DNA of 63,892 nucleotides, filler included, from Vannella sp. (Eukaryota), in NCBI GenBank assembly GCA_023345925.1. It is 6 parts of 6 records of this genome, joined end to end, with 100 filler letters (N's around TTAATTAATTAA, not from the genome) between each part and the next. Parts side by side here need not be neighbours in the genome. Positions count along the whole stretch, not along the records: positions 43,064 to 58,494 come from JAJQQN010000089.1; 5 more parts are not named here. The stretch is one strand, 5' to 3'. The first letter of the stretch is position 1. The number at the start of each line of letters is the position of its first letter. Made by a program: the position numbers and the translations under genes. Shown piece after piece: positions 44,440 through 57,351 of this stretch. The notes beneath the pieces were generated by a model. It saw nothing but the letters and a program-made list of their open reading frames with translations, was not told where the DNA came from and did no database searches.

Positions 44440-47379
44440 TTAGTTTGTTCGGGTTTTCGGCTTTGGCTTGGAAGGGCCAGAAGAGGCCTTATTCTGGCTC
44501 TCTTTCTGGCAGATGACACACCAAAGGTCGCTGAGACTCTTCTGCCCACCACCTTCCCCGTCCCGATGCGCATTGCGCAGACAGCGTTGGTGGTAGACGT
44601 GAGAGCAAAAGAAGATGACGAGGCCACCTTGTTCCTTGGCAGGCACCACATGTGCTGCACAGCTTGCACATGTGGAGGATGTGCTCACTCTCATCGCTGC
44701 GTTCTGCCCTGTGTTCAATCGTTTGGCTAAGCTCACACAATCCGCCTTGAGGATGACATTGCAACCTTCCCTCAACGATGTCTAGCCCGGCCCTGATAAG
44801 AGGGAGGACGGCAAAGGGGAGTGGCCCATCTTACCTGCAGATTGTAGTCAGAGATAATCTTGACCAAACGGTCGCGGAGCCCCTCGACAGGCACTCCGTT
44901 GGGAATGCGTTCGATGAGCTTGAGGGGATCCACATGGGCGCCAATGTGCTCCAAAAAGCCAGAGAGGAACTTGGGTGACTTGATACTCATCGAGATCAAG
45001 CTATCCCACAGCCCATCGTCGTTCTGCTCCTGCACAAACTCGATAGCCATTTTGACATCACGTAATTCCTCAATAATGAGGCGCAGCGCCTTCTCGCTTT
45101 GGCCTCCAGTGATGCTGAGGATGTAAATGAGTTCGGGGAAGAACTTCTTCTTTTCGAACAAGTCCTTTGCATCACTCAGCGAGTAATTGTTGCTCTGCTT
45201 CAGGAAGGGCATGAGGTTCCTATAATCATACTCGGCGTACAATTTGACTTGAAGCTCGTGGAACTTCTGGCCCAAATCATGGTCCTTCATGAACAGGGCA
45301 TGAAGGTACTTGTGTTGGTACAATTTCTCGTCCTCCAATTGTGTGACGACTTTCTGAACGGGAATGCGGTCTGTGTTGTTGATGAGGAGCCGAATGGCCT
45401 CTTGCTCATCGAATTTGATCAAATCCAACACTTTCTTCTCCACCACATTGTAAAGGTCATGTTTGTGGACCAGTTCAAAGACATTCCCCTTGCGCAGTGA
45501 CAAGTAAATGGACAGAGTCTTGTCAAACTGATTATCGTACATGTATCTGGGATGGAGCGTTAACAGGGGTGGACTTACAGTTGTCTGGCAGTAACTTACA
45601 GGAGAGCGAGGGCTTCTTTGAGGCAGTAGTCGTCATTCAGAGTGAGGATCATCTCGTTGGTGGCCTGGATGATATTGGAAATATCATAAAGGTGTTTTGG
45701 CCATTCCTGGACGGTGCGGAGGAATCCGGCGTGGTTCTGGTGAAGGAAATAACAGAGAACCATCTCGTAGACTGTTTGGCTGAGCTGTGGATTAGCAATG
45801 GGAATGTACGGACTAATGGCACGCAGTTGGCGGAGCTTGGCAAAGAGGAAAATCCATTTCTCCCAGAGCTTCTCAGAGTCGCCAAGGATCCTTGGGCACC
45901 AGGCTGCCGCTTTTTCAACCTCCTTTGAGTCAACAAGGAAAGTCAGATAGCGCTCGCCAATATCCACGAGGTTGTGAGTGTGGATGTGAGCTTGGTTCGT
46001 GGTGGCTTGATTGAGGGCCTCTTCGTACTTCTCGTTCTGTAAAAGCCACGTGATATGGTCATCCAGATCACGTGGCTTAGCTACGACAATGTCACGAGGG
46101 GACACAACATAGAAGAGACTTTCTGTGGTCATGTAGTCCAACCGGTAGTCCATTGCTGTGTAGTGCTCGTACCCATGGATGCTCAACGCATCACTTGAGA
46201 TGGGTTGGTTGTTTCGTGTGATGATACGCAGCTCGGGACGAGGAGCTGCTCCGGCTTGGTCCTCCCCTTTTGCATAAGCCAGTGTGACCAGGAACTCCCC
46301 AAAGGGAGCAATGCCACAGATCCAATAGTCGGTCGTCTGAATGATACCGATGATCTCTACAAACCTAGAAGGAAGCCCAGAGACAGCGTTACGGCGCTCC
46401 TAAAGAAGGGTGAGTCCTAACTTGGTCTTGAGGGAAGGGCAGCACAGACCTGGATCTGACATATCTTGATGCAGTCCGCCCAACCGATAAGGAGGATATC
46501 GTCCGCTTCCCAGCAAAGACAGCACCGATACAGGTCGGGGCGTGGACTCTTGGCAGGTCGATTGATGTAAGTGATCCTCTGGTTGGTCTCTGTATCGAAT
46601 ATCTTCACACCCTTATCGTTTGCCCAGGCAATGAGGCTCTTGCGCCACTTGATAGCGTAGATAGGGCCCTCGCCTGCATGTAACACAGCTGTTTTGTTGC
46701 CAAAGAACATTCCTGCGCGTGAAACAGTTGGCGAGAGCAAGGGAAAGGGGCTAAGAAAGGGTTCAAGTACCTTTCTTGCTGAGAACAAGCTCTTCTGAGC
46801 GCCCTCCTGAGGCGAATTCGCGAGTGCTGCTGCGGTAGTAGTCAGGCTCTAGAGCCACTGAGAGGATAGGCCGCTTGAAGGAGTAGCTGGATGTATCGGA
46901 CTGAGTTCCAAACACTGCGTGCACAACAACCTTGCCTGGAGGAGCAGGATAGCCTGTTAGTCCAAATCACTCACAAAGGCAAGGCACCTCACCACTCAGC
47001 GAAGAAGTGGCGATAAACTCGCCACGATCGTCAATGCTCAGCTCACTGATCGAACTGTCGTGGTTGCTGAAGGTTTGGTTCATGTTGCCGTTCACATCCA
47101 AAATATAAACGCGTCCCTTCCGCGTTCCCATGGCCTACGACGTTGGTTGGTTCATGATACAGAGGGTAGGAGTCTCTTTGACAACCCCAGACTCACCAGG
47201 AACTTCTCGTGCACACCCATGCAGGAGGCCGAGTCTGTCTTGAGGATGTCGATTACGGAGAAGCCCAAGCGTTGATACTTGAGCTTCGGCTCATCCTCTT
47301 CCTCCTCCTCTTCAGAGAACTCGTCTCCTTCAGAGTACTCCTCGTAGCTCGATTCATTGTCCTCCTCCTTGGTGGCCAT
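44440..47379 (-). CDS. VPS41: HOPS subunit VPS41
   Basis: EEPKLKYQRL; LHAGEGPIYAIKW; FYVVSPRDIVVAKPRDLDDHITWL; clathrin-like repeat; LRDRLVKIISDYNLQ; C-terminal RING (FFCSHVYHQRCL..CVIC). Confidence 0.96.
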
Positions 47380-47548
47380 GGTGAGGGCAAAGCACCGCCA
47401 ACTGAATGAATGGGATGGACGAATGCTTCTGAAGCATGAATAACAGAAGAGGACGATTTTACTACAAGGCAGAGCTTTCGGGGCTCAGAGCCGGTTTGGG
47501 AGGATCTTTGGAAGGCAACAGTGACTGGGGTGGCAGTCAGGCACTACT

Positions 47549-48504
47549 CTATCGCTTGCCTTTCTTCAAAGCTGGAGAGGTTATAGGCGGCTCCTGACGT
47601 CGAACAGCGGGGAGAGCAGCGCGAAGTTGCAGCTGTTGCTTCCGCTTTTCTTCCTCTTCGCTCTCTCGGGCGCTTGGATGCACTTTAAACCCGTAAATAC
47701 GAGGAGTGTACTTTTCTGTTGCTTGTGGAGGTCTCAATTGAGGATTACTCTGCAGAAAGAGGTGGCAGAATGTGGTTCCAAAGTACGCGCCGTCAAGGTC
47801 TGTGGGGAAGGGGAAGAAAAGAGGACAAATCGTTAGTTGGTGTTGAGTAGTAGGGAGGACAGTTGCCACTTACGACAGTGTCTCCTCAAGCGTGGGTAAT
47901 ACATATCCTCGCACTTAGGACAGAATATTTTTACCGTGTTTGTTCGCGATTGATCGCTCTGTCCGCATGGGAGAACGGGTTGACCTGCACAAAGCACTCG
48001 AGGGCATCGTCCAAAGTCTATTCTTTGGTACTTCTCCAGCTGGGGATCTCAGGTCAGCGTCTGCAGTAGAACTTTGCCAGCCTCAAGTAGTGGAGCTTAG
48101 ACTCACCATAGACATCATCCCCACGCTCGTCAGGATGAATCGAGCATGGATGAGACCATATAAAAACTCTGCAGCACCCTCTACTATCTCTTGTTGGTCC
48201 TCAGTGAGCCCCTCTGGTCAACGGCCACACGTCAGATGAGACTTGGGAAGGGTTGAAAGGTCTCACCTGTCTCACTATCCAGTATCAAGTCGAGAGCGTA
48301 GTCATAATTGGGGACAATACTGCGTAACCCCGTTAGGTTGAAGTCGTCTTGTATGAACGATTCGTCGATCTCGCAGAAGAACTCGTTTCCCTTCAATCCG
48401 CAGAACCACTGGATCCATGAGCTATCTTCGTCCTCTGAGGTAGCTTCCTCAGAGCCCGAACTCTCCACCTGCATGTTCATGTTCGCCCGCTTGGCCTTGG
48501 ACAT
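47549..48504 (-). CDS. CSNK2B: Casein kinase II regulatory subunit beta
   Basis: [60 protein letters not shown]. Confidence 0.96.
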
Positions 48505-48620
48505 GGGCCCGGATGCAACTGCGAGCGGGAAGTGCTCTGTTTACTCTTCGCCTTTTCTGGATAAGAATCATTCTGATCATAATTGAGGTTAATAATAATT
48601 TATTCATTCGTAGGTGGGGG

Positions 48621-50304
48621 TCAAACATCTGGGCCTCTTGTCCGTCGGACAGGGTTCCGTGGAATGCTGAAGAAGCCCCCGGAACTGCGCGTGCTGGGCG
48701 CTCCGTACCAAGAAGTGAGGGCAGAATCGATTTGCTTTTGTTTCTTCTTGTCCACCTTCTCTGTTGCCTTCTCTACTTTCTCTGGTTTCTCTTTCTTAGA
48801 GGGCTTCTCCGGCTTTTCTCCCTTCTCCTTCTTCTTGGACTGTGTTGGGGGAGATCCTGATCCTGATCCTTCTTCTGGGGAAGGAGTGACCACAGAAGGG
48901 GCGATCATGTCGAAGTGGTTGGAAACAAGTTCAGATTTTCGGCGTTTTCTCGTTATGGGCTTCGCTGTTGTGATTGCTTTCTTCAAGGAGGGGCTTGGAG
49001 GGTTTGGAGATACTGAGCCATCCTTGGAAGGTGCTGGCTTCGGCTTCGACTTGCCCACTGTGATTGTCTGTGCCTCGTCCTTGCCTAATAATCGGGAAAG
49101 GGCATCATTTCTCACTTGTGTGATGATCCTCTTGTCAAGAACCCTCAAGTAATCGTTGTCCAACACCGCTTTGGAGGGCTTACACTTCGATTCAATCAAA
49201 GATCGCTGTGTTCGGAGGATCTTCCCTGCCACTGTGACATAGCATTCATCTATCAGAGGCTCTGGATCCTTAGAACTGCGGATATGAAGAACAGTTACAG
49301 TTTCTCCTTTCAGAAGGGAGATTTCCTGGTCCACATAGGACTCTTGTACAAGCATGGTGATGGCTGGGGCACTATCTCGAGAGAAGATGTCATCAGAATG
49401 ATCAATCATGGTTTGAGTGATCTTAGAGGTCGTTTGGGCTTCTAAAACGAGGCGCATGCTGTCAGTGGTTTCGGTTTGGCCGAAGATGAGCGGCCCAAAG
49501 ATGATGGAAAGGTTCGAGGATCCCATCTTCGTTGTCTCTGAGTGGGAGTCTATCTCCTTGAAGAACTTGCACATGAATCGAAGGAGCTCAAAGTGATCCA
49601 CGGGGAGTGACCGCACAAGGGCAGTCAGGTAGCTTTGGTAAAGGAGGGGATCATTGATGTTCTTGGAGAGGAGGAAGTTACCGAAGAAACTCTCTTCGGG
49701 GATGACTGGACGAGGAAGATCCCTCAAGTACTTCTTCCAAAGATCGGCCACAGTGTGAACATCAAAGTCTGGGTGAAGGCAGTGAGCGTCTCATCTCTGA
49801 CATTATCTTGTGGATCGTTACCTATGAGGTAGCTTGGAGTGATGACTTGTCCTTCATCAATGGCAGCGCAAGCACTAACGATCTGGGAGTGCTTTCCTGG
49901 AATGCGAAAGAGGCCAGCTTGTTCAAAGCCTAGACCAGATCTCAGTCTGAGGAAAGGGAGAATGTGAAGGGGAGGAAGTCCCTACCTTGTTCTCGAAGGT
50001 AACTCGTGATGCGAGAAACGAGAAAAGGCACTCGATGTTCCTTCATCTTGTCAACAGGGAGAGTAGCTCTCTCTCGCTTTAGGAGAGCAGATACTTCTAT
50101 GCCAAAGATTCGGTCGTTCTTTTGCGCAATGGCGGCATGCATAGTCTCCTTGACAGTGCGAGACCCCAGCGACAACGTACTACCGAACTTCATAAAGTTG
50201 CGTTTTGTCCTTTCCGGCTGTATCCCAGCACGGGCTTGTAAAGCGTCCTCTAGTTCATTCGACTTCCCCGGTTGGCGAGGGGAGATGAAGAGAACGCTCG
50301 CCAT
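48621..50304 (-). CDS. RhoGAP with a degenerate SH3-like segment and Lys-rich tail
   Basis: IFG..VPFLV..YL; GLFRIPG; VADLWKKYLRDLPRP; KMGSSNLSIIFGP; EISLLKGETVTVL. Confidence 0.88.
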
Positions 50305-50441
50305 GCACACAAAGGCGAGACAAGACGAAATGACGCATATCGAATTTTGCCATACAAATCCTTTTATTGGTTAACATGCAGACGATATGGAAAGAGAACT
50401 TGGGAAGGCTGGCCTCCTTCCCGTTAGAGAGGGTTTAGGGT

Positions 50442-52518
50442 TTAGTGGAAGGGAACCGCAGAGGATTGGCGCGTCTTTCGGAGACGAGGGGAGGCTGCTT
50501 CAGAGGGAGAAGTAATGACTTTCTTCTTTCTTGCAGAAATGGGAGGGAGCTCTTCCCAGTCAGGTTCCCACTGGGACTCTTTTTCTTCCGTAACTTGCTG
50601 CTCCTCCACCCACTCTTCTTGGTGAGAGTGGCCTGCAGGGGTGGTGACTGTAGCAGTTCCATGCTTCTTCCCCACAAGGAATTCTCCAACGAATTTCTCT
50701 CCATCGGTTTTGATCATCACTCCTTTGCCATGTTTCTCTCCCGCTTGGTAGAAGCCTTGGTAGCGATCTCCATTAGGGTGAATAACTACACCCTTTCCGT
50801 GTCGTTTGCCATCGCGCCATTCGCCAGAGTAGCTCTCGCCATTGACCCAGGTTTCTGTGCCAGTGCCATGCTTCTTGCCACCTTTCCAACTGCCTTTGTA
50901 CATGTCTCCATTGTTGTAGCGCATGATGCCGAACCCTTCCTTCTTGCCTTGCTCATAGCTGCCCATGTAAACGCTTCCGTTAGACCAAGAATAGATGCCT
51001 TTTCCGTGTTTGACACCGTCCATCCATTCGCCCTTGTACTGGTCTCCATTCACAAAGGTGAGGACACCACATCCTTCCTTCTTTCCAAAGGAAAAGTCGC
51101 CCACATAGTGCGCCTCGTTGACGTATTCGAGTGTGCCTCGACCATGCTTCTTTCCATCCTTCCATTGGCCATCGTACTTGTCACCTGAGCGGAAAATTTT
51201 CATACCAAAGCCTGCACATTGATCTTCCTCCCACTCTCCGATGTACATGTTGCCATTGGGCCACACATAAGTCCCTAAACCCTCTTTGTAGAGGCCACTC
51301 TTGAAGATATTCTGGAACGGCTGTCAACATGGAGGAATAGGCACAAAGGGGGTGCATACCATCTTACTGGCGTAGTAAATGCGCCAGCTTCCTGTGGGAG
51401 GCACTTCTACTCGTTGAAGATTCTCTGGGAACTTTGATTTGGCGCATCTCTTCCAGAGGTCCTCACACTTATGGAGGCGGTAGAATGGCTTGCAGACCAT
51501 TGAGATACGGGCGAGGGATCGCCCATCAAGGAAAGAGAGGATGTGAAGGAGTGCCTCTTCGGGTAACCGAGTGCCTGAGAGGACAGCAGTGCCAGGAATC
51601 TCTCCATGCTCACACCGAGCGATTGTACTGGAGTAGGGAAGATCCTTTTTCTCTGTTCTGATTGTCAGTCTCTCTGACACAGGGCGTGGTGAAGAGTAGG
51701 ACCAGATACGCACCAGTCTCAATAAGTTTGCGGGATTGGAGCTTTCCACTCTTCCAAACCTCTTCAAAGAGGTCAAAGTTCTTGGTGCAGAAGACGCCTG
51801 GGCCGTCTCTTTGACCTTTAACGTACTCTCCTTCGTACCACTCGCCAGTGATGTAGCGGAAGAGTCCATGTCCAGTCAGTTGGTCATGAAGGAACCGGCC
51901 CTCGTACCAGTTGTTGCTCCCACTCCAAACAAACTTGCCGATGCCGTGCCTTTGGTTAGCCTCGAACTGTCCTTGGTAGCAGTTGCCGTTGCTGTAGACC
52001 AGAGTGCCCATCCCGCATCGTACGCCATCTTTAAAGTCTCCGTTGTAAACATCTCCATTTGCGTGCTTGTAGACGCCTCGACCATCACGGACACCTGCTT
52101 TGAAGTCTCCTTTGTACGTATCACCAGAGTGGAAGGTATAGGTTCCACGTCCTTCGATCTGGTTGTGGTGGAAGGACCCTTCATAGATATCACCTGGCGA
52201 CGGCCACGAGAGCTTCCCTTGACCCTCCAAAGTGTTGTTCTTGAACTCTCCTTCATACACAAGTCCATTCTTCCACCGTAGGGTCCCCATGCCGTCTCGC
52301 TGGTTCGCTTTAAACTCTCCTTCATACACGGCATCCTCCCATTCGAGCAGTCCTTTGCCAAAGAGCGCCCCTTTCACAAACTGTCCTTTCACCGAGCACT
52401 TCTGGTCGGGAAACTGCACTTCTCCCGGTCCAGAACGTTCACCAGCATCGTTCACTTCGCCGATGTACTTTTCCTTGGACGAGGGCAACGGCGCCGCTTC
52501 CTCTTTGTCTGGCTCCAT
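50442..52518 (-). CDS. MORN-repeat - F-box - MORN-repeat protein (3 exons)
   Basis: Two arrays of YxGxW/FxxGxxxGxG repeats flank RLPEEALLHILSFLD..SLARISMVCK..LWK; both introns can join the exons in frame. Confidence 0.8.
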
Positions 52519-52683
52519 CAAAATGATTCCTTCCACATGATTCTCCCTTTCATTGGGAATAAACCAGTGAAAATGGGACGGTTGGGAAGAAGAGGAAGTA
52601 TTTCTCTCCCGCCCTTTGAGGGCGGTTCGACACTGGGAAGGGTTTAGTGTTCTCGTATCAGGAAAGAGGGCTTCAGATGGGAT

Positions 52684-53921
52684 TCATGATTGTGTTGCAC
52701 GTGAGGCTAAGAACTGCTCGATTGTTGTCACCAAAAGCTCACAGCTCTCGCGACTGGTTTGCAAATGGGTTACCAGACGGCAAGAATGCATCCCTCCAGG
52801 CAGGATGAGACCTTTCTTTCTGCACTCTGCTGCCAGCTCATCAAAAGTGACTCCCAACGGCTCGGAGTTCACCCAGACTTGGTTTGTCTCTGTGGGGAAG
52901 TCCACCGCGAACCCAAGAGCTGTCAGCCTCTGTTGAAGATAAGATGCGTTGTCATGATCCTCCTGTAGTCTATCCCAATGGTGGTCAAGTGCAAAGAGAG
53001 CTGCAGAGGCAAGAATGCCAGCCTGCCGCCATCCTCCTCCGAAGAGTTTGCGGAAATGTTTCGCCCGTTGGATGACCTTGTTGCTTCCCACGATCATGCT
53101 ACCTATGGGGCAGCCCAGGGACTTGGACAAACAGATGGAGAGCGTGTCAAATGGCTCAGCATACTCTTTCAGTGTCTTTCCGGTCTTGACACAAGCATTG
53201 GCCAAGCGGGCCCCATCCAGATGAAGGAAAAGCCCGTAAGCGTCACAGACCTTTCGTATGTCCCTGTTTGAGTTCATAAGAAGCACTGCGGGCTCGTGCA
53301 GGAGGGAGCTTACCAAATGTCCTCGAGGGAAATGACGCTTCCTGCCAGTGTGTTCTCCAGGGAGACTCCTGCAGTTACTGGGCGGTGGACATCCATGTGT
53401 AAGATGGCTGCTTCGACCTCTTCCGCAGTGATCGACCTGTGTCCATCTCTCAACGCAGCCTTTACTGGGCGGAGCTCCGCTTGGCAATGATAAGCGACTC
53501 CCCCGGCCTCATAGTTGTATATGTGAGCCCGAGAGTCGCAGATTAGAGACTGTAGCGCTCCTAATTGCGCTCGCAGGGCGAGTTGATTGGTCATGGTGCC
53601 AGTGGGGCAGAAGAGAGCGCGCTCCTTGTTACAGAGTTGGGCGAACCTATTCTCAAGCTCTTTGACAATCAGATCCTCGTCATAGACGTCGTCTCCGTAG
53701 TCCTCACAAGCAAACATAGCCTCTTTCATCGCGGGAGAGATGCGAGTGACAGTGTCACTGCGAAAGTCCGCCACCAATTGCTTCACCGGCAGTGGGTTGG
53801 GCTCACAGTATCCATATTGATGTTTCATCATCGTGGCTTTCGCCTCCAGCATATTCTCGGCACTTGCTGCCATGCGTAGTGGAGCGCGATGATAATGATT
53901 CAAATTTGATTTTCTTTCCAT
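52684..53921 (-). CDS. GLY1: Low-specificity L-threonine aldolase
   Basis: DFRSDTVT, GDDVY.ED, PTGTMTNQ, HIYNYEAG, LENT, HLDGARL, CLSKSLGCPIGS, RKLFGGGWRQAG. The start may be 53873. Confidence 0.95.
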
Positions 53922-54016
53922 TTTTCTTGTTCATTGAATGAATAAACGGAGAAATCATTGATTGTTGAGTTTAGTTTATAATTCGAACCATTCAGCGAGC
54001 ATTCGTGACTGGGCGA

Positions 54017-54868
54017 ATGTGGAGCAGACTTGTTTGCACGACTCCTGATGTGGAGGACTTGAATGTTACGTGCGGGTTTGGTCGTCCAATGGAGGATGGT
54101 TCTTTACGGGGCAGCGTGGAGAAGATCGACCATCATCTGTTCGTTCACACAGGTTGGAAGCTCTTCATGGGATCCCATTCTATCTGTCACTCACAAGTGT
54201 GAAGGTCATGCCAATTGGAGTGCAAAGTACCCCGAAGGAGAGCCCGAGGACCTTCAATTGTTCTCTAAAGAGTTCAAAGCTCTGAAGAAAGCCCTTCCAT
54301 TGTAGGGGTTGCCTCTATCCTTCTTAACCATCACTTATCACCACGTTGTAGCTCCTCTAAGGCAACTGCTTGTGACTTGCCGGTGGTGGAAGGTTTAGTT
54401 AGCATTACCGCGTTCCCCTCACGCAGGCGCTTCCTTCTCCCAAGCGAGACTCTCAGCAAAGAACTTCCAAACCTCCTCGCGAAGCTTGAAGCCTCTGACA
54501 TGTCAGGATCAGAACCTCTGGAACACGATCACTACATCTTCGTCTGCTGCGATGCTGCCACAGACAAACGTTGTGGATACTGTGGTCCTCGACTGGTGGA
54601 TGCCTTTGAAGCTGCAGTTGCCAAGCGAGAGGACTCCAAGCGCATCAAAGTCGTGCGAACGTCGCATGTCGGAGGACACAAGTTCGCTGGCAACGTCATC
54701 GCCTTCCCTGCTGGGGATTGGTTCGGCTATGTCACTCCTGAACGAGTCGATGACATCCTCCGTGCCTCTGTTGATGCATTAAACCAAAGCGGACGTCCAG
54801 AAATCCTCCCCGACTTGTGGCGAGGCCGCCTTGGCCTCAGCAAAGAGGAAGTGCTGGGAGCTGTTTAG
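54017..54868 (+). CDS. Sucrase/ferredoxin-like (Apd1/Aim32 family) thioredoxin-like [2Fe-2S] protein
   Basis: IFVC.....DKRCG.CGP, SHVGGHKFAGNVI, WFGYVTP. Confidence 0.9.
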
Positions 54869-54893
54869 AACGCATTAAAAGCTCATTGTTTTG

Positions 54894-57351
54894 ATGGTGT
54901 CTGGCTCTGAGAGTCTCGCTTACACGGTGGAGGCTTGGTCGGCCTACGCGAGTCATTATCATCCTCGAAACATTCTGGAAGAGTCTTTGGAGAGCGAGTC
55001 ACGGTGGTGTAGTGGTGGGGCGAGTCAGAAGCAGTTTGTCTTGCTCAAACTGGCTAAGCCCGCCATCTTGCGTGAGTTCTACTGGAGCCTCCTCTTCTTT
55101 GATGGGGTTCTCGCTCCTTACATGATAGGTAGATGCCATTAGCTTTGGGAAGGTCCATAAGGGCTCTCTCTTTAACTTGAAAGAGTTCAAAGTCTTCGCA
55201 GGGGAGCGGCGATCGACAATGGCTCAAGTTTTACATTCCGGGTTGTACAACGATGACGAAGAGGAGACTATCCCTGTTCTTCAGCACCTCCAGCATCACG
55301 ATGACATAGTAGGTGCTCCCAGACTCCTCCTGGTCTTCCAAATAGCTCACAAAGACGACTTTCTAGCCCATCCCTTGCTTCTTTGTCAGGATAGAGCCGC
55401 TGGCGAACTACAAGAGCAGTGTAACAACCTTTAGCATATCCCGTATACGATTGTGGGGAAGTACGGACCGAACAGAAGTGCAGCAAGCCCGCACACTCTT
55501 CCAAAAGCATTGTGAGCGCGAAGCAACTCGTCTCACGCTCAAGTTCCTGCGCGAGGGTGGCCATGAAGGTGCTTATCGATTGCTTCAAGAGAGCTCCGGG
55601 GTCCAACTGGAGGACCAGTTCCTGATGGATCTCCGTCGCCTTCTGGTGGACGAAGGAGACTTTGAAGGGGCTGAGCAGCTGCTGGAGCGCAGCCACCGGG
55701 ACAATCTCTTCTCGGAACATATCCGCAACTCAGCATACTCGCCGGAGTGGAGGCGGGTGGAGTGCAGAGAACAAGGTCCGTTCATTCCGAATGTCAGTTT
55801 TGGAGCGCATCCTCAAGTGGGTTGTTAGGACCGGGAATGCGAGGCGGACACCAGCTCTGCATTGACAGTGATGCAGGGAAGATGTATTTGCTTAGTGGAT
55901 GGAGCGGAAGGCAGGATCTTCCTGATTTTTGGGAATTTGAGATTGCCACTAGCACGTGGACCTGCCTGCAGCGTGACACTTTCCAGGAAGGGTATTGCAA
56001 TCTCTACTACCTTCTGTTTGCACCCATTGAACTTCATGCAGTGGGCCTGGTGCGAGATCTTGCCACAAAATGGTGATTGACACAAAGAATAAGCGCCTTT
56101 ACACCCTTGGACGCTTCACTGATAGCGGTCCTGAAACCAGTTCTGAGGCCCTTTCTTCAGACTTCTACTGCTTCTGTATTGAGGAGAACAAGTGGAAACT
56201 TCTCAGCGAGGATACAGCGGTTCGTCGATCTTCTTTTCATCCTTTACGAGACTGACCTGAAAACCGTAGTCAGAAGGAGGCCCAAGACTCATTTACGATC
56301 ATCAGATGGTCATTGACGTGGATAGGGGAGTGATTTATACCTTTGGAGGGCGCATTGTCTCCCCGGGGGAGCATTCTTATTCGGGGTTGTACTCTTATTC
56401 TATTGCTAAGAGAAAGTGGCATTGCTTGCGGTAGGTCATCATTAAACAATTAACTGTTTTGGCTGATTCAATACAGAAGGGATGAAGCAATCCATCTGCC
56501 AAGCCCTAATAGTGGATGCCTTAAGTCTCGAGTGGGACATTCAATGACTTTTCTCCCTTCGCGCAATCAATTATTGATCTTTGCAGGGCAACGCAACAAA
56601 GATCATCTCAGGTAAAAAGGCTTTCTTGCGAAATAGAAGCAACTAATCGAAGCAAAGTGACTTTCTGGTGTACGATGTCGAGACTGACAGCGTTCGTGAG
56701 GTTACCAAAGATACCAGTCAGGTGAATGGACCGCGCCCTAGCTTTACTCTCCGAACCACTCTCGATCCATTGACTGAAGAGATCTTCGCCATGTCAGGAA
56801 GGGAACACGATTTTGGGCTCTCATCAAACACCATCTGCAATACTCTGTGGAGTTGTGACTTGAGAACCTTTAAGTGGACTTTGATAGAGCCAAATAAGGA
56901 TTTGGCAGCTTCCACAACCGACCATCCAATTGGCCGTTTTGCTCATCAATTCTGCTATGATCACACGAGAAGAACCCATTACGTTTTGGGAGGCAATCCA
57001 GGGGACACAGAAAGTCCTTATCGAAGGCTGGATGACTTTTGGCAGCTGACTTTGCACAAGCCAGAAGTGTCAAGCGTGGTAGAACAAATTCGCTTTCTCC
57101 TTCGAAAGCAGAAGTACTTGGAGCTCTGTTCCTCGGACTACCTGAAGGGCCTCGAGTACCTTCAACAGCAGGTATCTTCAGTGTGCAACTCACAGAATTC
57201 CCAATTCCGGAAGCTGGCTTCCCACCTCTGCCAACCACTTCCTCAGGAGGATGCCATCCAGCAACGAACAGAGCTCTTTAGCACCCTCGCCGGGCTTTAT
57301 CCAGAATCCATGAAGCAACCTCCCGCAAGTGTAGTCGACTTTGTTGTCTAA
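54894..57351 (+). CDS. MKLN1: Muskelin (discoidin-like N domain, LisH/CTLH, kelch repeats)
   Basis: WSAY...YHPRNIL..SRWCS; NLKEFKVF; LHSGLYND; LTLKFLRE; PGMRGGHQLCID; RSCHKMVID; RFAHQF; GGNPG..RLDDFW; RKQKYLEL. Confidence 0.94.
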
